From an uncultured Planctomyces sp. (GTDB lineage: Bacteria > Planctomycetota > Planctomycetia > Planctomycetales > Planctomycetaceae), in assembly GCA_937899075.1 (NCBI GenBank), contig CALDJX010000209.1, positions 5,019-69,018 of the forward strand: a DNA stretch of 64,000 nucleotides. The letters are read 5' to 3'. The notes beneath the pieces were generated by a model. It saw nothing but the letters and a program-made list of their open reading frames with translations, searched no databases and was not told the DNA's origin. The translations under genes and the position numbers were made by a program. Positions within the stretch are counted from its first letter, which is position 1. Each line of letters opens with the position of its first letter. Below, piece by piece: positions 1-10,034 of the stretch.

Positions 1-954
1 CTGAGCTCGTTCGGCGGGCGAGAGTGAGTTTTCGTACTGCTCAAGCTGCGTCGCGTTCATGGTGGCTGGGTTCAAGCCGGTGGCCGCTGGCTTTGCAACG
101 TTGGCCACGGCGGACGTGCCAGACGTTGGAATAATGCTGGGGCCTGGCGAGGGACCGGCTCCGAGTGCTGCCGACTGGGCTGCTCCACCTTGAACAGGAA
201 TGCTCGGAGTCGGGGCCTGCGGTCGAGCGACCGTCTCAGGCGACGAGTTCTGGCGATTCGGCGCCGTGGCCAGTAGACCTTGCGCGTCGTGTTCCTGTCG
301 GACGGTGTCGAGCCAGTGCTGCGCCGGTGCGAGTGTCGGCTTTTTGAGCACGGCCTGCAGGAAGCGTTGCTCGGCTTCAGCGGTGTGCCCCTGTTCGTAG
401 AGGATCAGCCCGATGTTGTAGTCGGCTTCGGCGTCGCCGACGGCCTGCACGAATTGTGGTTCGGCAGCGACGATGTTGCCTCCGCGAGCCAGCGCGATAC
501 CCAGTTTGTGTCGCAGACGTCTGTTGTCTGGAGCGACGGACAATCCCCGCTGCAGGCTCGCCGCCGCTTCGGCGTATCGATTCTGAGTCAGATAAAACTG
601 CCCGAGTGCCTCATTCGGCAGAGGGCTGTTTGGTGCGACTTCGACAGCTTTCTTGAATCGACGCTCGGCTTCCGCATGACGTCCGGCGAGCAGATCAAGA
701 CGAGCGAGGCCCAGGATGGCTTCTTCGGTCTGCTGATTCTGGCGCAGCGCGGTTTCGTAGCTTTCGCGAGCCGTGGCGTAGTCGCCGGTCTGCTCACTGA
801 GCTTTGCATACGCAAGATGGAGGCGTTCCGGATCCTTCAAGTCGGCTTGCGGATCATTCGAGAATGTCTGCCAGAACGAACCGGTTGATTGGCAACCGAC
901 GCTGATGAACAGGCAGAGAACTGTCGCCGCGCGAAAGATTTTCTTCGCAGGCAT
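1..954 (-). CDS. TPR-repeat lipoprotein; the C-terminal end runs off the left edge of the window
   Basis: Absent from the ORF track because there is no stop in the window. The reverse strand is open from ATG at 954 to position 1 (318 codons). It starts MPAKKIFRAATVLCLFISVGCQSTG (signal peptide plus lipobox Cys), followed by TPR-like repeats (YETALRQNQQTEEAILGLARLDLLAGRHAEAERRFKKAVEVAP; ADYNIGLILYEQGHTAEAEQRFLQAV). Confidence 0.7.
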   Translation of the reverse strand, partial: MPAKKIFRAATVLCLFISVGCQSTGSFWQTFSNDPQADLKDPERLHLAYAKLSEQTGDYATARESYETALRQNQQTEEAILGLARLDLLAGRHAEAERRFKKAVEVAPNSPLPNEALGQFYLTQNRYAEAAASLQRGLSVAPDNRRLRHKLGIALARGGNIVAAEPQFVQAVGDAEADYNIGLILYEQGHTAEAEQRFLQAVLKKPTLAPAQHWLDTVRQEHDAQGLLATAPNRQNSSPETVARPQAPTPSIPVQGGAAQSAALGAGPSPGPSIIPTSGTSAVANVAKPAATGLNPATMNATQLEQYENSLSPAERAQ

Positions 955-1088
955 CCCGCACCTCCTTGTGCAGTGCCCCACGCACTGGTCAACCATCCTG
1001 ATGATCAACCAATCCGGGGCAAGACGGCTGACGCTTCTGAACCGCGTCTGCTCTGTCTGCATACCGGAAGGGTTGCACGCCGGAGGGG

Positions 1089-3056
1089 TCAAACTTTCGC
1101 GAAGAATCGCTGAGCCGCTTCGTCCACCAGCTCTTGAGTCAAAACAAGACGCTGGTTCCTGAATCGACAGATCGACTGAATGATCTCCAGCAAATCCCTG
1201 GGATCGCTCGATCTTGGCAGTTGTCCGTGATCGTAATATTTGCTGTAAAGGAACTCGACGGCCCGCGGTTCGTAGGTAATTTGCCGTTGAGTACAACAAA
1301 GGCTAAAGATTTCGGTGTAGAGCTGCCGGGCCGGCGATCCGATCTTGATCTTGTGCCGGATTCGCCGCAGAAATGCATCGTCGACCAGATCGGCCGGATC
1401 GAGATTTGTCGAGAAGATAATGAGCTGCTCGAACGGCACCGGAAACTTCTTGCCCGTCGCCAGAGTGACGTAGTCGATGCGTTCTTCCAGCGGAAGAATC
1501 CATCGGTTGAGCAGGTCTCGCGGCTTGGCGATCTGGCGACCAAAGTCGTCGATCATGAAGACGCCGCCGTTCGCTTTGACCTGAAGCGGAGCGACGTAGA
1601 AGTTGCTCGCCTGGTTGAAGCGCAGGTCGAGCATGTCGAGCGTCAACTCGCCACCCGTCACCACGACCGGCCGACGTGCGCGTCGCCATCGCATATCCGG
1701 ATGGTTTTCGTGGAGCAGATGACTGATGTCCTGCTGAGTCTGCGGGCTCTTGGTATCCCCTAACAAAGCTGAGACTTCTTCGTCATCCGTCGTGTGGTGA
1801 AGGCTCGGGTCGAAGATGGTGACGATGCTGTTTTCACTTTGAATCGCGTACGGAACGTAGATCTCGCCGCCGTGCAGGTTGAGAAATTTTCCGAGCCCCT
1901 TGGCGATTTGCGACTTTCCATTTCCCGGAGGACCGTACAGAAAAATTGACTTGCCGCTGCACACCGCGGGGCCGAGTTCCGCCAGCAAATGCGGCTCGAT
2001 AATCAACGATTCGAACGCTTCCATTAACGGCTCGGCCGTGCAGTTGATGCCGCTGACCGCCTGCCGGCGACACTGTTCGACGTACATCTCAAGCGGCACC
2101 GGCGCGGGGCCAACGTAACGACAATAATCGAAAGCTTCCTTCGCGCGGGTTCGGCCGATTTCTGTCAGATTAAATCGGTAGGAAACTCGACCAATGACAT
2201 CTCCCGAGGTGACTTCGATGCAGCGGTCGTCCTTCAGGAAACGCAGACATTCATCGATCACGTTGAAGGGCAACCGAGCGTTTCGAGCCATCTCGACGCC
2301 GAGCAACGTTCCCTGCAGATAGAGTTGCTTCAGGATCAGATCGCAGACCTGATTTGCGCTGAGCCCACTTTCCCGAAGGGTTCGCGGGCTCGTCGGAGGC
2401 GGCGCCTGAACCTGCTGAAGTTTCTTCTGCCGATGCTCAGCCGCTCGTGATTGCCGAGGTGCTGGCGCCACTCCGAAAAGCTCAGCGTACAGCTCAGCCT
2501 GCTGCGAAAATCCACGAGCCGGTGGTCCAGAGGCTGCCGCACTCGACGCTGCTGATCCGTTGCCGGGACTTGCTCCGAGCCCCACACCGTTGCCTGGCGT
2601 CGGCCGGCTTCCGGGGGTCACCGGAGTCGTGCCGAAAGGCGAAGCCGTCGCTTGAGATTGAGATTGCGGCTGCGTTGCTGTGGCGGAAGTCGTCGCACCT
2701 GCAAAGGCATCGCCCTCTCGCTGTCCGGAAAGTCCCGCGAAGAAGGAACTCGCAGAACCGCCAGAACCAGCAGCTGCTGAACCAGTCGATGGCTGGTTCG
2801 ATGATGCCATGGCCTCAGGCGGCAAGGGAGGAGGGACGTGAAACCCATCGCCTGGCCCCGGTTCCGAATACTCGCCCGATGATGGCTGTCTGTCTTGTGG
2901 ATGATCCTGGTTGCTGCCGATCACGGCACGACTCCCTACGCGCCTGCTTCGCGGCCCGCTGTGATGATGTTTTTCGGAATCGGCTCTTCCGACCGAAGCT
3001 GCCAGGGCGCGAGTCGCAACACTCGCAGATGCCCATTCATTAACAGCTTCGGTCAC
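1089..3056 (-). CDS. AAA+ ATPase with a long disordered N-terminus
   Basis: 655-aa ORF. Walker A is GPPGNGKS, the Walker B-like motif is GGVFMIDDFG, and a sensor/Arg region reads DDAFLRRIRHKI. The first ~250 aa are Ser/Ala/Gly/Pro-rich low complexity. No specific subfamily recognised. Confidence 0.75.
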   Translation of the reverse strand: MTEAVNEWASASVATRALAASVGRADSEKHHHSGPRSRRVGSRAVIGSNQDHPQDRQPSSGEYSEPGPGDGFHVPPPLPPEAMASSNQPSTGSAAAGSGGSASSFFAGLSGQREGDAFAGATTSATATQPQSQSQATASPFGTTPVTPGSRPTPGNGVGLGASPGNGSAASSAAASGPPARGFSQQAELYAELFGVAPAPRQSRAAEHRQKKLQQVQAPPPTSPRTLRESGLSANQVCDLILKQLYLQGTLLGVEMARNARLPFNVIDECLRFLKDDRCIEVTSGDVIGRVSYRFNLTEIGRTRAKEAFDYCRYVGPAPVPLEMYVEQCRRQAVSGINCTAEPLMEAFESLIIEPHLLAELGPAVCSGKSIFLYGPPGNGKSQIAKGLGKFLNLHGGEIYVPYAIQSENSIVTIFDPSLHHTTDDEEVSALLGDTKSPQTQQDISHLLHENHPDMRWRRARRPVVVTGGELTLDMLDLRFNQASNFYVAPLQVKANGGVFMIDDFGRQIAKPRDLLNRWILPLEERIDYVTLATGKKFPVPFEQLIIFSTNLDPADLVDDAFLRRIRHKIKIGSPARQLYTEIFSLCCTQRQITYEPRAVEFLYSKYYDHGQLPRSSDPRDLLEIIQSICRFRNQRLVLTQELVDEAAQRFFAKV

Positions 3057-3079
3057 ACAACGTTCACGCTTCCCGGGCC

Positions 3080-3799
3080 CTAAGGCGTAGCCCCACCGCC
3101 ACCGCCAGCACCTAACGCAGGACTGATGCGCGGCACCGGCTGAGAACTCATTTCACCACGCTGGATGCCGTCAACTTCCAAGGCACTGCGACCAATCGGC
3201 GCCGTCACGCGAGGGATGACCGGCGGCAGGTTCTCGAGCCCGACCAGCTCTTCGGTAATTCCACGAACGCTCGTCATCCGCAGTTCAGTTGCCTGGCCGG
3301 CGTCGGCCGTTTGAATATAGATGATCCGACGCTGTGCAGGAGCAGCTCGCAGGATCCACTTCAGATGAAGCACGCCCGATCGGTTCAGCAACTGAGTATC
3401 ATCGTCAAAGTGGTATTCGTAGAGCGTCGTCTGGTTGACCCAGCCAGCGTCCTCTTGAGTAGAAACGAATTCTCGAACTGACGCTCTGTCCTGGCAAACG
3501 TACGGATGCGGCCAGTAATGAGCAGCATGAAACCGGTGCGACGGGATCATCGACAGCCCTTCCGGCCTCGGATACGGAGGCCACATCTTGCCCTTCACGT
3601 ACCGCTGTCGGGATCCCACCGGATCGAGCGATCGACGTGCGTACCAGTCAGCGCGAACGTCGTCCCGCTCCTGTTTCCAGGCGTAGTAGCGGCTTGTTTC
3701 GAGCCACGGCCACGGAATCATCGGCTCCGCAAATGCTGCCGTCGGACTCGCCAGAAGGACCAGAATCAGGAGCTTCTGCCGTGTAGATCGATTAACCAT
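3080..3799 (-). CDS. Hypothetical secreted protein
   Basis: 239-aa ORF with an N-terminal signal peptide (KLLILVLLASPTAAFAEP). It lies 23 nt upstream of the AAA+ gene on the same strand. No recognisable domain. Confidence 0.55.
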   Translation of the reverse strand: MVNRSTRQKLLILVLLASPTAAFAEPMIPWPWLETSRYYAWKQERDDVRADWYARRSLDPVGSRQRYVKGKMWPPYPRPEGLSMIPSHRFHAAHYWPHPYVCQDRASVREFVSTQEDAGWVNQTTLYEYHFDDDTQLLNRSGVLHLKWILRAAPAQRRIIYIQTADAGQATELRMTSVRGITEELVGLENLPPVIPRVTAPIGRSALEVDGIQRGEMSSQPVPRISPALGAGGGGGATP

Positions 3800-4308
3800 T
3801 TCTCCCCCAATCAGTGACTCGACCGCCGTATCGAATCCATCGTATTTTCCGGCCTGCTGTCGTCGGTGTTCGTTCGTCAGTTTCGTCTCGAAGGTGAACC
3901 CCGAGACAGACCGAACGACGCCGTGGACCGACAGCTACCCTAGAGATTATCGGCTGCTTTTTGACGCGGTCATGACGGGAAAACCGATTCCGCCAAAGCC
4001 AACTGCAACTCCATCTGTGAAGATGTGTGAGGGTTTAACGGTTGCGCAAAGTTGCCGGCCTCCGGGAATAAAACTCGGCAAATATCGCCTGCCGGTTCCT
4101 CGAAGCGTCAGCGTCTGCCAGGCCAACGACCGGCTTGTAGCCATAGCCGCGAAGTTGGATTTGAAGGGCGTACCGGGTTGCCGTATTGAACCAGGCCGTA
4201 CAAAATGCTGGAGAAGCGGGCTTGCTTCCTCGTCAACCTGGTGAGGCGTTTGACTCTCGACGGTTACCGTCGTTCTTTTCTTTTCCTGATTTCTTCGGAG
4301 TATTCACA

Positions 4309-5550
4309 ATGCGCTACAAGAGCAAGCCCTGGCTGCCACAATCTGATCAGCCTGGAATTCGAGTTTTGATCGCGACATTCGCGATCGTCAGCTTCACGGT
4401 CGCGGGGTGCGACAAAGTTGAAGGCCTGGTGGAAGACGGAAAGAGCCTCGTCAACGGTGAGGAGCCGACTGTCACCGAAACAGCTCCCGCCACCACACCA
4501 AAACCAACAATCGCCATTCCCGAGCCGGTCGTTCCAGCAGGCCCAACTCCTGAGCAGATCGTCGCGCAGTTCAGATCGCTACATCCATATGAGATCACTG
4601 ATGGCGTTCTGGCCCAGCTGGCCGGATCACCTGAAGCAGCAGCTGCGATTACCGAAATCGACATGAAAGGTGCAAAGGTTTCTGCGAATGGACTCAGTGC
4701 ACTCAGCACATTGCCGAATCTCGAATCACTCGACATCAGTAATTCTCGAGTCGGATCCGATTCGCTGACGGTGATCGGAAAATCACAATCACTTAAAACG
4801 ATCAATCTTGCCAATTCAGATGCCAATGATCGAGTCGTCAGCGAACTCTCACGAATTCCGCATCTTCAGTCGCTGGACCTCTCGGGTACTCAGGTCACAG
4901 GCGGATCGGCAACGGGCCTGGGCTCAATGCGTGAGTTAACCGATTTATCACTCATGGGGACCGCGGCCGACGATCAGGTTGTGGCTGGTCTTACAGCACT
5001 TCCTCTTCGCAAACTCGACCTGTCGAAGTCACGAATTACGAACGCATCGCTCCCATTGATCCTCAAAATCGCGACACTCGAAACGCTGAACGTCTCGTTC
5101 AACGGTGTCACTGGCGATGGCTTTAAAGGCTTCGGCAAATCCGACATCAAGGAACTTAACGTTGGCGAAACGGCGTTTGGCATCGAAGGTTTTGTAGCGA
5201 TCAAGGGTATGAAATCGCTTGAGAAACTCAACGTTTACGGAGCAGGACTTGTTCAACACCAATCCTGCAACGTGTTCAGAACGTTTCCAAATCTCAAGAC
5301 TCTGAATGCCGGGCGAAATGCAGTCGCCGATCCTGGCATGGTCCAGTTCTTCAAGGGCCATAAGACACTGGAAGAACTCGAACTTCACCAGAACAAGGGC
5401 ATTACCGACAATGGCCTCGCTGCACTGATTGCAGTGAAAACCTTGAGACTACTCGACGTCAGTGGAACTTCCTGTGGTGCAGCCGGTGGCCAGGCACTGA
5501 AACAGAAACTGCCGGAATGCACGATTCGCACATCGAATGGCGTCTTCTAA
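4309..5550 (+). CDS. Leucine-rich-repeat lipoprotein
   Basis: Part of ORF 4186..5550. The internal ATG at 4309 gives MRYKSKPW...IATFAIVSFTVAGCDK (signal plus lipobox). It is followed by many ~24-aa LRR units (LPNLESLDISNSRV, LKTINLANSDAND, LQSLDLSGTQVTG, LRKLDLSKSRITN ...). Confidence 0.75.
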   Translation: MRYKSKPWLPQSDQPGIRVLIATFAIVSFTVAGCDKVEGLVEDGKSLVNGEEPTVTETAPATTPKPTIAIPEPVVPAGPTPEQIVAQFRSLHPYEITDGVLAQLAGSPEAAAAITEIDMKGAKVSANGLSALSTLPNLESLDISNSRVGSDSLTVIGKSQSLKTINLANSDANDRVVSELSRIPHLQSLDLSGTQVTGGSATGLGSMRELTDLSLMGTAADDQVVAGLTALPLRKLDLSKSRITNASLPLILKIATLETLNVSFNGVTGDGFKGFGKSDIKELNVGETAFGIEGFVAIKGMKSLEKLNVYGAGLVQHQSCNVFRTFPNLKTLNAGRNAVADPGMVQFFKGHKTLEELELHQNKGITDNGLAALIAVKTLRLLDVSGTSCGAAGGQALKQKLPECTIRTSNGVF

Positions 5551-5580
5551 GAACGAACCAGCTTCTCATTGGTCATTCGC

Positions 5581-5619
5581 AAAAACGGGCAGGAGACTTT
5601 TTGTCTCCTGCCCGTTTTT
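5581..5619. terminator. Bidirectional intrinsic-terminator-like hairpin between convergent genes
   Basis: aaaaa-cgggcaggagac-ttttt-gtctcctgcccg-ttttt: a 12-bp GC-rich stem flanked by an A-run and a T-run, 30 nt after the LRR gene stop. Confidence 0.6.
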
Positions 5620-5719
5620 CGATGATCAACTTGCATGTATCTGTCGGCAGAACTTCTTGACCGACCACTTCTACACAGCAACGGTCAGCAAAGAATGCGT
5701 CGGCAATAAATTCCTGAGA

Positions 5720-5774
5720 CCAGCACGAAGCGCGAGCGAATTTGGAGTATTCACTCGCTCGCGCTTCGTGCTGG
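5720..5774. repeat. Perfect 20-bp inverted repeat (hairpin) downstream of ispG
   Basis: ccagcacgaagcgcgagcga (5720-5739) is the exact reverse complement of tcgctcgcgcttcgtgctgg (5755-5774), with a 15-nt loop. It lies 33 nt beyond the ispG stop. Confidence 0.7.
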
Positions 5775-5806
5775 TATGTAATCGAGAAGTTATTCCGGAC
5801 ACGATC

Positions 5807-7081
5807 CTAAGTAGGCTGGCAGGCTTTCTCGGCAATCAGTGCGTCGAGTTCCTGACGCAGGCGAGGAAGAATTTCGTCGTAGGGAAACGCTCCGATTTCT
5901 TCCGGACCTCGTTTCAGGTTGACGAAATTTGGGGCGCACCACAGACCCAGGTCAGCATCGTCGGTCTCGCCAGGCCCGTTCACACGGCAGCCCATAACGG
6001 CAATCGTCAGAGCGTGCTCACGAGCATATTCTGTCATTTTCTTGACATCCTGAGCCAGCTCGATGAATGCCTCATTCTCAACGCGCGAACAACTCGGGCA
6101 ACTGATGATGTTCAAAGTTGGCAGTCCGTAATCGACGACCGTGCGGACTCGGCCTGCGGCGATGTCAGCAATGATCGATCGCCCCGCAGCGATCTCCTCG
6201 CCCTTTCGATTATTCGGAACGGTCAGCGACACGCGGATCGTGTCTCCGATTCCTCGACCGATAAGCTGCTCGAAGGCGATTCGCGTTTTAATGATTCCGT
6301 CAGGAGGCATGCCCGCTTCAGTCACGCCCAAATGCAACGGCACGTCGGCTCGTTGCTCCGCGAAGCGCCGGTTGACTTCGATCACTTTCTGAGGATCAGA
6401 ATCCTTCAGCGACACGCAGTACCGAGTGAAGTCGAGTGAGTCCAGAAACTCGCAGTGCTCCAGAGCACTTTCAAGCATCGGCGAGATCGAGTCGTCTTCT
6501 GAGTACCGGTCGGCTTTTTCAGGATCGACAGAGCCACAGTTTACGCCGACACGAATCGCGCAATCATTCGATGCGGCGATGTCGGCGATAAACCGAACCT
6601 TGTCCTGCCACGGTTTCTCGCGTTCGTGATGGTAAAGATGCCCTGGGTTGTAGCGAATTTTATCGACGTGCGGAGCGACATTTTCGGCGAGCCGGTAGTT
6701 CTCCTGCAGGTCCACAGAAATATTTGCCGTGGTTTGCTTACGAATTTCGGCCAGCGCTTCGGCATCTTTCCGACTGTCGACGGCAACTCGCACCACATCA
6801 GCGCCGGCTTCGACGAGTGCGTTGATCTGACCGACGGTCGCATCCACGTCCTGCGTGTGCGTTGCGGTCATACTCTGCACCGCGATCGGATTTCCATCGC
6901 CGATCGTCACCGAGCCAATCTTCACGCTGCGGGTTAAGTTCCGCTCAATCTTCAGTTCTGAACCGTCCACATCCATACTCCAACTCAGACTGCTTACCGA
7001 CAAAATTCGCATACCAGCGATGCGCGGCGAGTCTAGTGGACGCCTCAGGGTGGAACCAGCTGAGACCGGGCGATCCGCCAA
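5807..7081 (-). CDS. ispG: 4-hydroxy-3-methylbut-2-en-1-yl diphosphate synthase (IspG/GcpE)
   Basis: [48 protein letters not shown], and a C-terminal Fe-S region [10 protein letters not shown]...[12 protein letters not shown]. The true start may be an internal Met (7012 or 6976). Confidence 0.9.
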   Translation of the reverse strand: MADRPVSAGSTLRRPLDSPRIAGMRILSVSSLSWSMDVDGSELKIERNLTRSVKIGSVTIGDGNPIAVQSMTATHTQDVDATVGQINALVEAGADVVRVAVDSRKDAEALAEIRKQTTANISVDLQENYRLAENVAPHVDKIRYNPGHLYHHEREKPWQDKVRFIADIAASNDCAIRVGVNCGSVDPEKADRYSEDDSISPMLESALEHCEFLDSLDFTRYCVSLKDSDPQKVIEVNRRFAEQRADVPLHLGVTEAGMPPDGIIKTRIAFEQLIGRGIGDTIRVSLTVPNNRKGEEIAAGRSIIADIAAGRVRTVVDYGLPTLNIISCPSCSRVENEAFIELAQDVKKMTEYAREHALTIAVMGCRVNGPGETDDADLGLWCAPNFVNLKRGPEEIGAFPYDEILPRLRQELDALIAEKACQPT

Positions 7082-7094
7082 ACGAGCACCAGGA

Positions 7095-9110
7095 TCAGGA
7101 ATCCAGTGGCTTCTCCAGCCCGTAAGACTTCAGCTTTCGGTCGAGTGTTGAACGCTCGATCCCCAGAATTCTCGCCGTTTCCCGCTTCACCCAATGCGTG
7201 AAATTCAAAGTCGCTTCGATGTGGCGGCGTTCGATTTCTTTCATTGAAAGAGGCTTATAGACGCCTTCCAGAACCGGCGACGGCGTCCCATCGTCCAATT
7301 GTGAAAACCGGATATCGCCACGCGTGACTTCATCGCCATTGGCAATCGCAACCGCCCGTTCGATGGTATTCCGAAGCTCTCGGACATTCCCCGGCCAGTC
7401 GTACTGAACCAGCACTTCCAGAGCGTCGGCCTGCATGACCTTTGGCTTACTGCCGTACTGCCTTGCTGTCAGCTTGAGGAAGTGATTCACGAGAACTTCG
7501 ATATCGTCTCGTCGATCACGAAGTGGGGGCACTTCAATGTCCAGGATGTTGAGCCTGAAGAACAAATCTTTCCGAAACTCGTTCTCGCGGACAGCCTGTT
7601 CGAGGTCGCGATTTGTCGCGGCTACAACTCGCACATCCACCGACACGGTTGTGTGACCGCCGACTCGTTCGAAGGAATGCCCTTCCAGAACCCGCAGGAA
7701 CTTCGCCTGAATCTGCGGGCTCATCTCGCCCACTTCGTCGAGAAAGATGGTTCCGCCGTTAGCTTGCTCAAACTTCCCCGGCTTGCGGTCAGTCGCGCCG
7801 GTGAAGGCGCCTTTTTCGTGCCCGAACAATTCGCTTTCGAGCAACGTTTCGGTCAGCGCTGCACAGTTCAAACAGACGAAAGGGTGTTCTCGTCGTGGAC
7901 TATTAAAGTGAATCGCTCGCGCGACCAGTTCTTTGCCGACTCCGCTTTCGCCGCGAATCAGTGCGGTTGACTCTTTTGAAGCAAAGCGAGCAATCTGATC
8001 CTTCAAGACTCGCATCGACTCACTTTTGCCAATGAGGTCACTCTCGACCGCCAGCATTTGCCGGAATTGCTTTGCTTCACCTTTCGCGCGTGCAAGACCT
8101 TCGGCAAGCTGCTCCTGCTCGGTCAGCCTGGCCAGAATTCCAGACATGTGCTCAGCGACGGCCAATGTGAACTCGAGCGAATCCGCGTCCAATGCGTGAT
8201 CGGGAGTGAGCGAGTAAAGATGGATCAGTCCATAAATTGTCGTGCCGTCCCGAATCGGCGCGCAGATCACGCTTTCAGCGTTCATCTTTTCAAGTGTCTG
8301 AAATGTTCCGGCTGATGAATCGCCAGCTACATTAAGTGCGAGCGTTCCATCGCCAGCGGTAAGTGCAACTCGCGAAAGGCGATCAGACACTCGGTGGTAA
8401 GGCATGTCGTCGGGTGCCCGAAACGCGATCAGTCGCAGCTCATCCACATCGGCATCTTCCGACGTTGGTTCTGGCAGAAGCAGCACGGCTCCCAAATCTG
8501 CCGTCAGAACTTCCATCAAGCCATCGATAGCGGTCTGCGCCAGATCGCGAATGTTTTCAGCAGCCAGCAGCGTAGACCCCAGACGGTAGAGACTGGCGAA
8601 TTCTTTCGCGACAGCCGCATCCCCAGAATCCTTTTCGAGAAACCTGGAGCGTTGTCGCCGTTCAAGAATTTCGGGTTCATCCGTCGCCGCATCGTCCGAC
8701 AGATCGGCTGTGATTTGATCAGGTTTCTGCGGCTTGACTCGAGTATCACTTTCGAGCGATGTCGGACGCGCACCGAGGTTCTGCGTAATATCGTGCGTGA
8801 AGATCATCTCAGCAGAGCCGATCAGAATCGTATGACCTTCTTCAAGCGTTGTCTGACCGGTGATCTCATTCTTGTTGACCAGCGTTCCGTTGCTGCTGCC
8901 GAGATCTCGCACAACCCAGCCGTCATTCGCAAAGAAAACTTCAGCGTGACGTCTGCTGCAACGATCGTCCTGGACAACAATTCGGTTGGTAGATTCACGA
9001 CCGATCGTCAGACACAGGCCAGGCACAAGACGATAGACGTCGCGCCATCCAGACTCGGTACAAAGAACCAGGTAGGCTGGCTCGTTAGAAGTTGGCTGAT
9101 CATCAGTCAT
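7095..9110 (-). CDS. Sigma54-dependent transcriptional activator with FHA, GAF, AAA+ and Fis-type HTH domains
   Basis: FHA-like N-terminus ([46 protein letters not shown]). Central GAF-like region. Walker A GESGVGKE, the GAFTGA motif ([13 protein letters not shown]), and a C-terminal HTH ([18 protein letters not shown]). Confidence 0.9.
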   Translation of the reverse strand: MTDDQPTSNEPAYLVLCTESGWRDVYRLVPGLCLTIGRESTNRIVVQDDRCSRRHAEVFFANDGWVVRDLGSSNGTLVNKNEITGQTTLEEGHTILIGSAEMIFTHDITQNLGARPTSLESDTRVKPQKPDQITADLSDDAATDEPEILERRQRSRFLEKDSGDAAVAKEFASLYRLGSTLLAAENIRDLAQTAIDGLMEVLTADLGAVLLLPEPTSEDADVDELRLIAFRAPDDMPYHRVSDRLSRVALTAGDGTLALNVAGDSSAGTFQTLEKMNAESVICAPIRDGTTIYGLIHLYSLTPDHALDADSLEFTLAVAEHMSGILARLTEQEQLAEGLARAKGEAKQFRQMLAVESDLIGKSESMRVLKDQIARFASKESTALIRGESGVGKELVARAIHFNSPRREHPFVCLNCAALTETLLESELFGHEKGAFTGATDRKPGKFEQANGGTIFLDEVGEMSPQIQAKFLRVLEGHSFERVGGHTTVSVDVRVVAATNRDLEQAVRENEFRKDLFFRLNILDIEVPPLRDRRDDIEVLVNHFLKLTARQYGSKPKVMQADALEVLVQYDWPGNVRELRNTIERAVAIANGDEVTRGDIRFSQLDDGTPSPVLEGVYKPLSMKEIERRHIEATLNFTHWVKRETARILGIERSTLDRKLKSYGLEKPLDS

Positions 9111-9351
9111 AGAGTGCAGTGCGACTCGGTCTTCTGAAACAAATCAACGGTGAATTAAAACACTTGATTCTTACATCGAATCATCGAACAGAGACTGTAG
9201 CTCGTGCCCGGCTCCAGACAACTGTCAGCGCGTCGAATCGGTCGACGCCTTGTGACACTGTTTCCAGGCCTGCGGGCTGTTGTGCCAAGTTTTCTGCCGT
9301 ATCGAATCTGTAAAATCCAATTACTGACAAAATATGAGCCTCAAACGACAC

Positions 9352-9475
9352 ATCCCCGCTGAAGAACCGACAAGAGTCGCGGTTCCACAGCGGGGATGAG
9401 CCTCTCAACCGAAGGCAATAAATCATCATCTGAATGAATGGCGCCGAAGATTGTTTTGCGGCTGAGAGGCCTTTT
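9352..9475 (+). other. Two adjacent extended stem-loops in a 924-nt noncoding gap; the second is followed by a T-run (candidate small RNA or regulatory structure)
   Basis: Hairpin 1 pairs atccccgctg (9352-9361) with cagcggggat (9388-9397), with an inner gaaccg/cggttc stem. Hairpin 2 pairs gcctctca (9400-9407) with tgagaggc (9463-9470), followed by cttttg. Confidence 0.3.
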
Positions 9476-10034
9476 GCTCCTCACTCTGTTTTAAGAGGTC
9501 CGATCAGGAAGTTGCGTCCCGCGATCGTATGTCGACAGCACGCGAACAACGTGCCAAATCAGGAAGAACGCTGCGGAAGCTCACAACCGGTGAACTTGTA
9601 ACGCTTTGCGACATCCTCGATTGGCCTGCGAGCAGTTGTGAAATCGAACCAGACGGTCGCAAATCTGCACTAACCTGCAAAGCCGCTACGGCACGGATGA
9701 ATGCCTGACTGGCTTGAGACATCGCGCGTCACTGCTTCGTCGACTGGCTTCAACCGCCTGGTTCACGGTCACTGGCCAGTCCTCAGACGCGTCGCATCCC
9801 GGACTGATTCCGCAGACTTCCGATGTTCGTCAACGCGAACGCCCGACAGGACGTTTCGCCAAATCGATGATTCACCACGATGAGGGATTCGCCGCACACC
9901 GCCATGGCGGTAGCGTTGAAGTTGTTCCGAGCGGCTGCACTTTCCTGGCCGTCACACAAAGTCCGGCTTTACGCACAGCTCGGTGATCGGATCCGCGCTC
10001 GCGTCCGAAAATTTCAGTTGAGGAGTCCTCCATC

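Noticed and set aside
4186-4308. N-terminal extension of the LRR protein in the track ORF
   Set aside because: The extension precedes a textbook lipoprotein signal that starts at the internal Met (4309) and has no signal-peptide character itself.
5537-6439. 300-aa + strand ORF overlapping the terminator hairpins and the 3' half of ispG
   Set aside because: It is antisense to ispG, begins inside the LRR gene's stop region and runs through two hairpins. It contains no motifs.
9697-9760. Direct 9-mer repeat GACTGGCTT (two copies 45 bp apart) as activator binding sites
   Set aside because: One or two chance 9-mer repeats are expected within a ~1-kb interval. The repeat has no dyad symmetry.
9903-9918. 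TGGCGGTAGCGTTGAA as a sigma54 promoter for the 10035 operon
   Set aside because: The spacing is right, but the -12 element is TTGA, lacking the near-invariant GC, and the -24 block is also degenerate. This is too weak to call.
9955-9975. 'aaagtccgg' resembling the RNase P RNA conserved GGAAAGUCCGG element
   Set aside because: Only a 9-nt partial match is present. None of the other universally conserved RNase P segments or helices could be found around it.
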